DNA of 64,000 bases, taken from NCBI GenBank assembly GCA_964351525.1, contig CAYGOD010000003.1, positions 136,121-200,120 of the forward strand, given 5' to 3'. Source of the DNA: an uncultured Bdellovibrionales bacterium. Lineage in GTDB: Bacteria > Pseudomonadota > Alphaproteobacteria > Micavibrionales > GCA-2720935. Below, one piece after another: positions 51,385 through 60,592 of the stretch. Within the stretch, counting starts at the first letter, position 1; every line of letters starts with the position of its first letter. The notes under the pieces were generated by a model, which saw nothing but the letters and a program-made list of their open reading frames with translations, had not been told where the DNA came from and did no database searches. The position numbers and the translations under genes were made by a program.

Positions 51385-51933
51385 ATGTCCACAGAAGATA
51401 ACTTTCTCCGTTATGACCGCATGGTCGAAAATGCTTTGCGCGGTGTTGTAAAAACCGCCGTTCAAGAAGTCATTGATGATGGCATGCTGGGCGACCACCG
51501 TTTCTACATAACTTTTTACACACAAATGCCTGGCGTCGAAATTCCAGATTATTTGCGTGAGAGCTATCCAGAAGAAATGACGATTGTTCTGCAATATCAA
51601 TTCTATGATCTGTCTATTGACGATGAATTCTTTAAAGTCAGCCTTAGCTTTAATAATGTTCCAGAGAATATTGTCGTCCCCCTAGATGCCATAAGCATTT
51701 TCGCCGACCCTTCTGTTAATTTTGCGCTACAGTTCCAACCGCTTGGCTCTGACGATGATTTCGATTTTGAAGAAGAGCTACTAGCACTTGCAGATGAAGA
51801 CGATGATACAGATACGAAAAAGTCATCTAGCAAGAAAAAATCTAAGAAAAAAGATGATTCTGATGATGACAATAGTGGTCAAGTTGTATCCCTAGATGTC
51901 TTCCGTAATAAGAAAAAAGACAGCGACGATTAA
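51385..51933 (+). CDS. sspB: Alphaproteobacterial ClpXP adaptor SspB
   Basis: YDRMVENALRGVV, HRFYITF, YPEEMTIVLQYQF, FADPSVNFALQF, C-terminal VVSLDVFR. Confidence 0.92.
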   Translation: MSTEDNFLRYDRMVENALRGVVKTAVQEVIDDGMLGDHRFYITFYTQMPGVEIPDYLRESYPEEMTIVLQYQFYDLSIDDEFFKVSLSFNNVPENIVVPLDAISIFADPSVNFALQFQPLGSDDDFDFEEELLALADEDDDTDTKKSSSKKKSKKKDDSDDDNSGQVVSLDVFRNKKKDSDD

Positions 51934-51934
51934 C

Positions 51935-52795
51935 TTAAGTCCCCGCACCTAAATGAGCGATCACAGTACCAAAATCTGTCTTCAACTGAATACGGACGAT
52001 TTTAACGGCGCTATCGTTACTCAACCTTGCCAGCCAAATCATTGGCTTTTGTCCCGTTTCGTCACGCTTACCTTCGGATACATTGCCCCAGCCACTTTTT
52101 TTCTTAGCTTTAAAGCCATCAATCTCTTTGACAACCAACGTGCATTTAACCGCCTCACCAGAAAAAATACTATAGCGATTCTTCTTCAGTGTTTCGGTGA
52201 TAGGATTCGATAAAACAATATCATAACGGCGCTTACCATCAAAAACAGGGTATTCCTTTTCACACGCTTTACCGATATTATTGCCCTCATATGCTGATGC
52301 TGCCTTCAAAACGCTGGCGATAGACGTTAATAAGTCTGTAGAGTTGGTGCGGTAAATATCTTTGATCTCGCGCTGTTTGGTGACATCATTGCTAGTTCTA
52401 GAATACTCAATCAAAACCCCCTTCTCATCATAGGTAAGATTGGCAATTTTTTCTTTACCGCGCCACGACGTGCTGTTGCGGAATTTTTTTGGAACCAAGT
52501 CATTCGAAGCAATCGCTCCTTTTGAAGACATATCGGCAGACCATGGAAGTAAACGGCCCAAGAATCCACGAGGTTCACCAGAAAAATTAACATCGTAATT
52601 CCTATCTGTCTGTGTGAACGATAATCGCCCCGTCAGAAAATGAAAACCACTGGAATAAAAATGATAGCTCACCGTTTCTTGATCGGTGCTTGAAGCAAAA
52701 GCGCGCACACCCAAAACAAGGCTTAAAAACAACCCGAAAAACAGTGCGAAAAATATTGTTGTAAATATACAGAATCGTCTTGATTTATCTATCAT
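51935..52795 (-). CDS. DUF3108-like exported protein
   Basis: Signal peptide; DLLT, VFDGKRRYDI, IWLA..VRIQLKTDFG. Confidence 0.75.
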   Translation of the reverse strand: MIDKSRRFCIFTTIFFALFFGLFLSLVLGVRAFASSTDQETVSYHFYSSGFHFLTGRLSFTQTDRNYDVNFSGEPRGFLGRLLPWSADMSSKGAIASNDLVPKKFRNSTSWRGKEKIANLTYDEKGVLIEYSRTSNDVTKQREIKDIYRTNSTDLLTSIASVLKAASAYEGNNIGKACEKEYPVFDGKRRYDIVLSNPITETLKKNRYSIFSGEAVKCTLVVKEIDGFKAKKKSGWGNVSEGKRDETGQKPMIWLARLSNDSAVKIVRIQLKTDFGTVIAHLGAGT

Positions 52796-52947
52796 GGCTG
52801 TCTATAACCTATTTCTATATGGACAAAATCCATAGTTTTACAAATGTTGCGGCTATATTGGCATGCCAATACATTTTTTTAAACACCTAAATCAGACTAT
52901 CCATCGTTTCAATGGTCTGGTTACTGATAAAAAGAAAAGAGGTCAAA

Positions 52948-53169
52948 ATGCCAAAAATGAAAACGAAAAGCTCTGCCAAGCGTCGCTTCAAAGTGACTGC
53001 AACGGGTAAAGTCCTACGCAAAAAGGCGAATACACGCCATATGCTTATTAACAAACCAACCAAGCGTAAGCGTCAAGCACGCGGCACACACACAATGGCC
53101 GCTGAAAACGCACGTACAGTTTTAAGAAATTTCTTGCCCTACCAGCGCAAGAAAGCATCAAGGAAATAA
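52948..53169 (+). CDS. rpmI: 50S ribosomal protein L35
   Basis: [23 protein letters not shown]. Confidence 0.97.
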   Translation: MPKMKTKSSAKRRFKVTATGKVLRKKANTRHMLINKPTKRKRQARGTHTMAAENARTVLRNFLPYQRKKASRK

Positions 53170-53184
53170 GGAAGGATTTGAATA

Positions 53185-53562
53185 ATGGCACGCGTAAAAG
53201 GCTATAAAACAGCACATAAAAGACATAAAAAGATCTTAAAGATGGCCAAAGGCTATCAAGGTCGTAACAGAAAATGTTTCCGCATTGCGATTGAGAAAGT
53301 CGAGAAAGCACTTCAATATGCTTATCGTGACCGTCGCAATAAGAAACGTAACTTCCGCGCATTGTGGATCCAGCGTATTAACGCGGGTGTTCGTGCATAC
53401 GGATTAACATACTCACGATTTATCGACGGTCTAAATAAGGCAGGAATCGAAGTTGATCGCAAGATCCTTGCTGACTTAGCAATGAATCAACCAGAAGGCT
53501 TTAAAGCCTTGGTTGAAGCAGCGCAAAAAGCAAGTGCCACAGCCGCTAAAAAAGCAGCCTAA
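53185..53562 (+). CDS. rplT: 50S ribosomal protein L20
   Basis: [32 protein letters not shown]. Confidence 0.98.
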   Translation: MARVKGYKTAHKRHKKILKMAKGYQGRNRKCFRIAIEKVEKALQYAYRDRRNKKRNFRALWIQRINAGVRAYGLTYSRFIDGLNKAGIEVDRKILADLAMNQPEGFKALVEAAQKASATAAKKAA

Positions 53563-53591
53563 GCAAAAACATCGTTTTTAAAGAATTATTC

Positions 53592-53632
53592 AAGGCCTCT
53601 TGATCTTTTAAATAAGATCAGAGGCCTTTTTT
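53592..53632 (+). terminator. Intrinsic terminator after rplT
   Basis: AAGGCCTC-T-TGATCTT / AAGATCA-GAGGCCTT then T run. Confidence 0.8.
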
Positions 53633-53706
53633 AGTGTCTTTTAAAGATAAAAAACGCTAAATTAAAGTCATTCACATAGACAATTAAAGATTCGGGATCA
53701 CGCGCA

Positions 53707-54792
53707 ATGACCGCTCAACTAGAAATGTTAAAAACAGAATTGATAGAAACCATCAATGCCGCCAATGATCTTGGCTCTCTTGACCAAGCCCGCGTCGAAG
53801 CCCTTGGGAAAAAAGGTAAGATCACAGGGCTGATGAAAACCCTTGGCAATTTAACCCCTGATGAACGCCGTGAAATGGGGCAATCACTCAATGTATTAAA
53901 AAATGAAATTGCCACACTGATTTCCTCAAAAGAAGATGACTTTAAAAAAGCGGTTTTGAATGAACGCCTTGCAACAGAAACACTGGATGTGACCTTGGAG
54001 CCCGCCACACAAGAGGTCGGCACAATCCACCCCATTACACAAACGATGGAAAGCTTGGTCGCTATTTTTGCGGAAATGGGCTTTAAAGTTGCCGAAGGCC
54101 CCGACCTAGAAGATGATTTTCACAATTTTACCGCACTTAACTTCCCGCCAGAGCATCCTGCACGTCAAATGCACGACACATTTTATCTGCCCAATGGTAT
54201 CGGTGAGAATGAAGATCAAATAAGACGTCTACTTCGCACACACACATCTACGGTTCAGGTACGAACGATGAAAGAACAAAAACCACCGATCCGTGTGATC
54301 ATTCCGGGTCGTACATATCGTTCTGACTATGACATGACACACACACCAATGTTCCATCAAGTTGAAGGATTGGTTATTGATGAAAAAACCCATATGGGTC
54401 ATCTAAAAGGGTGCTTGACGGACTTCTTACGGGCTTTCTTCCAAGTTGATGATTTAAAAGTACGCTTTCGCCCTTATTATTTCCCCTTTACCGAACCGTC
54501 GGCAGAAATGGATATTGGCTGTGATCGCTCTGATGGCAAATTAGAGATTGGTAAAGGCTATGACTTTATGGAGATTTTAGGCTGTGGCATGGTACACCCC
54601 AATGTCTTGCGCAATTGCGGCATTGACCCGGATAAATATCAAGGCTTTGCCTTTGGTATGGGGGTTGAGCGCCTAGCGATGCTTAAATACGGCATTCCTG
54701 ATTTACGCACCTTTTTTGAAAGCGATATGCGCTGGCTTAAACATTATGGCTTTGGCCCGATGGATATTCCTAGCAAGACATATGGCGTTTAA
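53707..54792 (+). CDS. pheS: Phenylalanine--tRNA ligase alpha subunit
   Basis: [49 protein letters not shown]. Confidence 0.98.
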   Translation: MTAQLEMLKTELIETINAANDLGSLDQARVEALGKKGKITGLMKTLGNLTPDERREMGQSLNVLKNEIATLISSKEDDFKKAVLNERLATETLDVTLEPATQEVGTIHPITQTMESLVAIFAEMGFKVAEGPDLEDDFHNFTALNFPPEHPARQMHDTFYLPNGIGENEDQIRRLLRTHTSTVQVRTMKEQKPPIRVIIPGRTYRSDYDMTHTPMFHQVEGLVIDEKTHMGHLKGCLTDFLRAFFQVDDLKVRFRPYYFPFTEPSAEMDIGCDRSDGKLEIGKGYDFMEILGCGMVHPNVLRNCGIDPDKYQGFAFGMGVERLAMLKYGIPDLRTFFESDMRWLKHYGFGPMDIPSKTYGV

Positions 54793-54862
54793 TAAATTCA
54801 TTTAATCATAAGCGCTCAACAAGAAGCGTATCATCACTAACAAAACAGCGGAGAAAAAGACA

Positions 54863-55402
54863 ATGGTATTAAAAACTGAGCCCAAAAACATACGTACAGT
54901 CACATCAAAACCAGAAAAACTGACAAAATCAGGGCACGAAATGAGCCATGAAGCATTTTGCGGGCCTGTTCCTGGTTTAATGGATTACAGACCTAATTTT
55001 AAAAATAAAATCATGACACAGCGTGCTATCGATATTTTAATAGAAGAATATTGCGTCGGTTTTAGAACCGATTGGCATGTTCAAATATTTGATATAGTTC
55101 CATCAACAAATAAAGATGGAGAGCCACAAAAAGCTGTCAATATTTACGTCGACGACATAACAAGTATTATGATTTTGAAATCGCGTTTTGGTATGTCTGG
55201 TTATGATCTTAATGCACGCGCCTTTAATAAAAGAATGACAATGCGCCGTATGCGCATTCAAAATAAATACGACGTCAGAACACAGGAATTATGCGTTAGG
55301 GACATTATTAAAGACTTAAAAAAAGTTACGTCTCTTCGCGATTACAAAGAAGCTAAAAGAACAAAAGAACACTTATCAAAAAACCCCGTATTTAAACCAT
55401 AA
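54863..55402 (+). CDS. Hypothetical basic protein inserted between pheS and pheT
   Basis: 179-aa ORF with GGAG RBS; no family recognised. Confidence 0.7.
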   Translation: MVLKTEPKNIRTVTSKPEKLTKSGHEMSHEAFCGPVPGLMDYRPNFKNKIMTQRAIDILIEEYCVGFRTDWHVQIFDIVPSTNKDGEPQKAVNIYVDDITSIMILKSRFGMSGYDLNARAFNKRMTMRRMRIQNKYDVRTQELCVRDIIKDLKKVTSLRDYKEAKRTKEHLSKNPVFKP

Positions 55403-55416
55403 GGACTAATCCCGTT

Positions 55417-57822
55417 ATGAAATTCACACTTAGCTGGCTTAAAACATATTTAGACACTAATGCCTCTATCGATACAATCGTTGAGACACTAACCGCCATC
55501 GGCCTTGAAGTCGAAGGCGTTGAAGATCCATCTAAAGCATTAAATGGTTTTAAAGTTGGTCATGTTATTTCAACCGAACAACATCCAGATGCTGACCGCC
55601 TAAAGGTCTGCACTGTTGATGTTGGCGGCGATACGCTTTTACAAATTGTATGCGGCGCTCCCAATGCGCGCGCTAATATCAAAGTTGCCTTTGCGCCAGA
55701 GGGATCATATATTCCAGGTCTTGATGTCACATTAAAGAAAGCCACCATTCGCGGTGTTGAATCAAACGGGATGATGTGTTCAGAATCTGAGCTTTGTTTA
55801 TCTGATGAACATAACGGTATTATAGAACTGGATGACAGCGCGACTGTTGGTGCTGATCTCGCCCCTATACTTGGTCTTAATGACCCCATTATTGATATTG
55901 GCATCACACCAAACCGCGGCGATTGTGCTGGCGTTTATGGCATTGCGCGTGATCTCTCTGTTGCAGGCTTAGGCACATTAAAATCCTTGGATATTCCTGA
56001 AATTAAGACAAGCTTTGATACGCCACACACAATTACCATCGAAGACACGCAGCAATGCCCTGTTTTCATTGGACGTATGATTAAGAATGTTAAAAATGGC
56101 CCATCACCAAAATGGCTTCAAGATAAACTGCGCGCTATTGGTTTGCGTCCTATTTCTGCCCTTGTCGATATTACTAACTATTTCTGTATCGGTTTAAACC
56201 GCCCCTTGCATGTTTTTGATGCGGATAAAATTGGACAAAATCTCACGATCAAACCAACCCTTGGCGGTGAAGAATTTGACGCACTTAATGATAAAACATA
56301 CACGACAAAACCAGGCGTTATTGGTATCTATGATAACCAGAACCTGTTGGGGCTTGGCGGTGTTGTTGGCGGACTTGATTCTGGTTGTACCGAAAGCACG
56401 ACAAATGTCTTATTAGAAGTCGCCTATTTCACGCCGATCGAGATCGCGAAATCTGGTCGCGCCCATTTCATCGATAGTGATGCACGTTATCGTTTTGAGC
56501 GCGGCGTTGATCCCCTCTTTTGCATGGATGCCGATAAGATGGCAACACGGATGATCCTTGATATTTGTGGTGGTGAAGCAGGAACACATGTCATTGCCGG
56601 TGCAATACCCACAGACAAGCAAGTCGTTACCTACAACACCAGCCTGTGTAGACGTTTAAGCGGTTTGGATATTGATGTAGACATACAAATAGACATCCTA
56701 ACTCGTCTTGGTTTTGAGGTAGAGAAACAAAGTGGTGACGCCCTAACGATAACTGTTCCGTCATGGCGCCACGACATTGAAGGACAAGCCGATTTTGTTG
56801 AAGAAATTTTACGCATTCATGGCTATGATAAGCTTGAAAGCGTGTCGATGACAAATGACGAACACAGCATCGAACCCGCCTTTGATCCACGTGCCAATTA
56901 TGTATCACGCGCCAAACGCCACTTGGCGGGCCGTGGTTTATTCGAAACGGTTACATGGTCATTTATGGATGCACCAGCGGCCGAAAAATTCGGCATTAAT
57001 AAAGATGGTAAACAGGCCGAACTAACCCTAACAAACCCGATCAGTAATGATCTAAATACATTGCGCCCATCAATCTTACCAAACCTTATTAGCGCCGCAT
57101 CAAGAAATAATGCGCGCGGCTTTGGTAATGTTGCACTCTTTGAAATTGGTCCTATATTCACCAGTAACACATTGGTCAGCGGACAAACAACAGCCGTTGC
57201 CGGTATTCGTTGTGACCTACACCAAACAAAGCATTGGAAAGCGCAAACACGCGCCGTCGATATTTATGATGTTAAGGCCGATATGATGGCTTTATTTGGT
57301 TTGTCTGGTGGATTATCACCGCAGGTCGAAGCTGATGGTGCACCAGATTATTATCATCCAGGACGCAGTGCCGCTTATAAATTAGGCAAGAATACATTAG
57401 GGTTTTTTGGTGAAATCCATCCTGCAATATTAGCAGACATGGGGATTAAATTCCCCGTTGTTGCCTTCGAATTATTTGTTGAAGCATTACCGCTGAAGAA
57501 AGCCAAGAAATCCGCGGCGAAGAAATTGTTAAAAACATCAGCCTTCCAACCGATTAATCGCGATTTTGCTTTTGTTGTCGAAGATGCTATTACGGGCGAA
57601 GCATGCTTACGTGCAATCACATCTGCCGATAAAAAATTGATCACAGACGCAAATATTTTTGACGTTTATGTCGGACAAGGCGTCGATGATGGATGCAAAT
57701 CACTCGCAATTAACGTCACGCTCAGCCCGTTTGATAAAACATTAACGGACGAAGAAATCGAAGCCGTCAGCCAAAAGATTATCACTGCTGTGGAAAGTAA
57801 AGTTGGCGGACGCTTGCGTTAA
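55417..57822 (+). CDS. pheT: Phenylalanine--tRNA ligase beta subunit
   Basis: MKFTLSWL, HPDADRL, IVCGAPN, ITPNRGDC, RFERG, RDFAF. Confidence 0.98.
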   Translation: MKFTLSWLKTYLDTNASIDTIVETLTAIGLEVEGVEDPSKALNGFKVGHVISTEQHPDADRLKVCTVDVGGDTLLQIVCGAPNARANIKVAFAPEGSYIPGLDVTLKKATIRGVESNGMMCSESELCLSDEHNGIIELDDSATVGADLAPILGLNDPIIDIGITPNRGDCAGVYGIARDLSVAGLGTLKSLDIPEIKTSFDTPHTITIEDTQQCPVFIGRMIKNVKNGPSPKWLQDKLRAIGLRPISALVDITNYFCIGLNRPLHVFDADKIGQNLTIKPTLGGEEFDALNDKTYTTKPGVIGIYDNQNLLGLGGVVGGLDSGCTESTTNVLLEVAYFTPIEIAKSGRAHFIDSDARYRFERGVDPLFCMDADKMATRMILDICGGEAGTHVIAGAIPTDKQVVTYNTSLCRRLSGLDIDVDIQIDILTRLGFEVEKQSGDALTITVPSWRHDIEGQADFVEEILRIHGYDKLESVSMTNDEHSIEPAFDPRANYVSRAKRHLAGRGLFETVTWSFMDAPAAEKFGINKDGKQAELTLTNPISNDLNTLRPSILPNLISAASRNNARGFGNVALFEIGPIFTSNTLVSGQTTAVAGIRCDLHQTKHWKAQTRAVDIYDVKADMMALFGLSGGLSPQVEADGAPDYYHPGRSAAYKLGKNTLGFFGEIHPAILADMGIKFPVVAFELFVEALPLKKAKKSAAKKLLKTSAFQPINRDFAFVVEDAITGEACLRAITSADKKLITDANIFDVYVGQGVDDGCKSLAINVTLSPFDKTLTDEEIEAVSQKIITAVESKVGGRLR

Positions 57823-58058
57823 CCGCTCGGAATCAGTTTCGGTGACTTAACAACAATGCACTCTGCTTGCTCAAATTTTGTTTGATATGAAATAGCCAGT
57901 CGATGAGCATGGTCCGTTAGCTGTTTTTTATATTCAATGTAATTACCCAACTCAGCCGATTGCATTCTCTCATAACCATAGGATAGATGAACACTATATC
58001 CGTTATATTCATCACGGCAGCTTCGCTTGGGTATAGGCTTGAAAAATACATCTACCAT
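57819..58058 (-). CDS. Small hypothetical protein (79 aa)
   Basis: ORF convergent with pheT (4-nt overlap); start lies 30 bp from a Fur-like box. Confidence 0.4.
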   Translation of the reverse strand: MVDVFFKPIPKRSCRDEYNGYSVHLSYGYERMQSAELGNYIEYKKQLTDHAHRLAISYQTKFEQAECIVVKSPKLIPSG

Positions 58059-58087
58059 TAGAATAAAACACCTATCAATAAATTAAA

Positions 58088-58102
58088 TGAGAACGATTAT
58101 CA
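58088..58102. promoter_or_regulatory. Fur/IRO-like box 1
   Basis: TGAGAACGATTATCA: 2 mismatches to TGATAATNATTATCA; fits TGA-N9-TCA. Confidence 0.55.
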
Positions 58103-58110
58103 TTTATTTA

Positions 58111-58139
58111 TTGACAACCTAGACCGCTTTAGGCACCAT
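58111..58139 (+). promoter_or_regulatory. Putative sigma70 promoter of the DOPA-dioxygenase-family gene
   Basis: TTGACA-17 bp-CACCAT. Confidence 0.5.
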
Positions 58140-58143
58140 TAAA

Positions 58144-58158
58144 TGAGAATGATTTTCA
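58144..58158. promoter_or_regulatory. Fur/IRO-like box 2
   Basis: TGAGAATGATTTTCA: 2 mismatches to the same consensus; overlaps the predicted transcription start. Confidence 0.55.
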
Positions 58159-58181
58159 ATACGGTCATTTTCTTATAAACA

Positions 58182-58631
58182 ATGGAGACAAAACAAGGAG
58201 ACGTCATGTTCCACATTCATATTTATTTTCGACAAACACAGATCGAAGAGGCTTTATTATTAAAAGCAAGAATTGCTAAGGAATTTCCCGCACTCGTTTT
58301 GGGGCGTACACATGAGAAGCCAGTAGGCCCCCATCCCGTTGGTAGTTTTGAAATTGATGTTATGACGCAATGCCAATTTGATGCGCTTAGCTTTTTCTTA
58401 AAAAATAAGATTGGTCATTTATCCGCCATGATCCATCCCGTAACAGGCGATGACTTAGAAGATCATCGTGATGAAAATATTTCTTGGATTGGCACACCAT
58501 ACCACATTAATCGTCAGTTTTTTCATGACCTAAAGAAACGCGCGGACAATGACAATAAAGTCGAAAAAACCGATCAAGACGAAGATGCGGGAAAACGTAA
58601 AAGACCAAAACGTGCATACCGCATTATATAA
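58182..58631 (+). CDS. DOPA 4,5-dioxygenase family protein
   Basis: FHIHIYF, VGPHP, MIHPVTGDDLEDH, WIG. Confidence 0.88.
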   Translation: METKQGDVMFHIHIYFRQTQIEEALLLKARIAKEFPALVLGRTHEKPVGPHPVGSFEIDVMTQCQFDALSFFLKNKIGHLSAMIHPVTGDDLEDHRDENISWIGTPYHINRQFFHDLKKRADNDNKVEKTDQDEDAGKRKRPKRAYRII

Positions 58632-58638
58632 TTATTAG

Positions 58639-58682
58639 AAAAGCCCTATAAAATATTGAATATTTGTGGGGCTTTTTTTTTT
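58639..58682 (+). terminator. Intrinsic terminator after the DOPA-dioxygenase gene
   Basis: AAAAGCCC..AAATATT-G-AATATTT..GGGCTTTTTTTT. Confidence 0.7.
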
Positions 58683-58730
58683 GTAATGGTCTTTGATTGT
58701 TTTTATCGTGATCTTATTTAAGATGATCGG

Positions 58731-59381
58731 ATGAATAACGTATTAACATCACTCCTACGCCCTATACCAAAAGATTTTCAGTCTGACTATGCGCGTTTAA
58801 AGCAAAAATTGAATGATATAGAGCCTTCGAAGAATCCTTATCTGATTCACATGTGTGGGATCCCAGGTGCTGGGAAAACAACTATTGCCAAACCACTTTA
58901 TGATATGCACTTAAGGCATGATGGATTTTATTATTTGGACTTCGATCATGTTATGAACACATTGGATAGCTATAATCAACTATCGGTAATTAACCCCCAA
59001 AAAGCTTTTCATCTATATGCGCCCATTGCCGCCAATATTGGTTATCACCTGCTGAAAGATGCTATTGAAAATAATATATCCATTATTTTTGATCATGGCG
59101 CATCACCGCAAAGCCATATCGAGCTATTAAAAAATCTAGAACCTTACAAAACGCGCATAATATATGTCGCATGCGATCTTAGCGTGGCCAAAAAACGTGT
59201 GAAAAATCGTGAACATATCATCAAGCGCTATACATCAGAAGCCATGATAATTGATCGCAATCAAAAAATTAACGCTCAGATTGATCTTTATAAAGACGCT
59301 GTTGACGTCTTTATAAACTGGACGTCTGATCAATCATCCCATGAGGATATAGAAAAGCTATATGAGAGATTAGCGCTCTAA
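58731..59381 (+). CDS. Zeta-toxin-like P-loop kinase
   Basis: HMCGIPGAGKTT, LDFD, IIFDHG, IIYVACDLSVAKKRVKNR. Confidence 0.72.
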   Translation: MNNVLTSLLRPIPKDFQSDYARLKQKLNDIEPSKNPYLIHMCGIPGAGKTTIAKPLYDMHLRHDGFYYLDFDHVMNTLDSYNQLSVINPQKAFHLYAPIAANIGYHLLKDAIENNISIIFDHGASPQSHIELLKNLEPYKTRIIYVACDLSVAKKRVKNREHIIKRYTSEAMIIDRNQKINAQIDLYKDAVDVFINWTSDQSSHEDIEKLYERLAL

Positions 59382-60211
59382 TGTTTCGTGACTAATTCCC
59401 TATCAATGAACGAAGCCCAAAGTGTCATGAGCCCCTCCCCTTGTAATTCTTCTTTCTCAGAATTAAGTGTCATTAAACTCATGGACTTTAGCAGATCTTC
59501 ACGCTCGCATGATACGGCGCCGACAAAGACACAATGAGACACAAGGATGGGGTCAATCGCAAAAACCAAATGACAGGCCATCAATCCCGCCTGATCAAAA
59601 ATAAAGAGCGGTGTATTCGCCAAACTATTAGCAAGGATCATCCCAACCATGGCGCATATATCATCGCCCGCTCTATTGAATACAAAATCTAACGCGCCCT
59701 CTTTGCTTTCAATAGCACATGCCGCGTCATAATCACTCTCATAACCGACACCGACAACACCCATAGCGTGCATATCGATTCCCTGTTCGGCAACCATCAT
59801 CCCAAATGAAACGGCATGTGCGCGCATTTCGGGGGTTATAACCAAGTCACGGTCACCCATCGATAATTCAAATAACCGAAGATCGGCATCAACCGCACCC
59901 GCCCAATCATTATAAAGATGATTGCCATCAATAATCGCATCAATTGTCTTTCTACATTGTTGGAGCGATAACTCATTCGCCAAAGTCCCATAATGGGCAC
60001 AGAAAAACGACACTCTTGGATGATTAAGTCTTGGGTTATCCTCATCGCGCTCTTGAACAGAGGCAATAAACGCCTTGATATCTTTATCATAGATAGGGGC
60101 ATCCACCCCTTGCCTATGGGCGATCATGGTCTCGATCACATCTATAATCTCGGCCTTTGTGACGTGATTTTTTGTTGTTTTCTGGGGTTCTTTAGGGCTA
60201 TCAGCACTCAT
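59378..60211 (-). CDS. Degenerate CobT (DMB phosphoribosyltransferase)-like protein
   Basis: Colinear matches to recalled CobT motifs: PRVSFFCAHYG, FGM..GID...GVVGVG, ICAMVGMILA..P, CVFVG, GEG. Confidence 0.6.
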   Translation of the reverse strand: MSADSPKEPQKTTKNHVTKAEIIDVIETMIAHRQGVDAPIYDKDIKAFIASVQERDEDNPRLNHPRVSFFCAHYGTLANELSLQQCRKTIDAIIDGNHLYNDWAGAVDADLRLFELSMGDRDLVITPEMRAHAVSFGMMVAEQGIDMHAMGVVGVGYESDYDAACAIESKEGALDFVFNRAGDDICAMVGMILANSLANTPLFIFDQAGLMACHLVFAIDPILVSHCVFVGAVSCEREDLLKSMSLMTLNSEKEELQGEGLMTLWASFIDRELVTKH

Positions 60212-60326
60212 TTTTTATATTTCTCTGTTTAATCATCAATAAAAGCGCAAGTAACGCTTGACTTTCTCTCAAAATCTCGTATTTTGGGCATCTAATTTAA
60301 AGATATTTATATAAAGGTTTTATATC

Positions 60327-60491
60327 ATGGCTAAAGCAAAAACCATCAAAATTCGTATGAATAGCACAGAAAGTGGCTATTTCAAAGTAACGAAGAAGAA
60401 TCCAAGTAACCACCCTGAAAAGATGGTTAAGCGCATGTACGACCCAATGGTCAACAAGCACGTAGAATTCAAAGAAGGTAAAGTCAAGTAA
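60327..60491 (+). CDS. rpmG: 50S ribosomal protein L33 (54 aa, absent from the ORF track)
   Basis: Hand translation: [54 protein letters not shown]. Confidence 0.93.
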   Translation: MAKAKTIKIRMNSTESGYFKVTKKNPSNHPEKMVKRMYDPMVNKHVEFKEGKVK

Positions 60492-60533
60492 GCTTGATTT
60501 CTTTCTTGTCAGATTTTATTTCCCTGACTTAAA

Positions 60534-60573
60534 AGGCTCTGTTTTTCTTAAGTGATGACAGAGCTATTTTTTT
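60534..60573. terminator. Terminator between convergent rpmG and pleD
   Basis: GCTCTGT / ACAGAGC stem with upstream A run and downstream T run. Confidence 0.55.
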
Positions 60574-60592
60574 GCGCTTTTCGCATTCAAAA

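Noticed and set aside
58731-60211. Zeta-like kinase plus 277-aa ORF as a toxin-antitoxin pair
   Set aside because: The genes are convergent, and the partner is large and CobT-like, unlike epsilon/PezA antitoxins.
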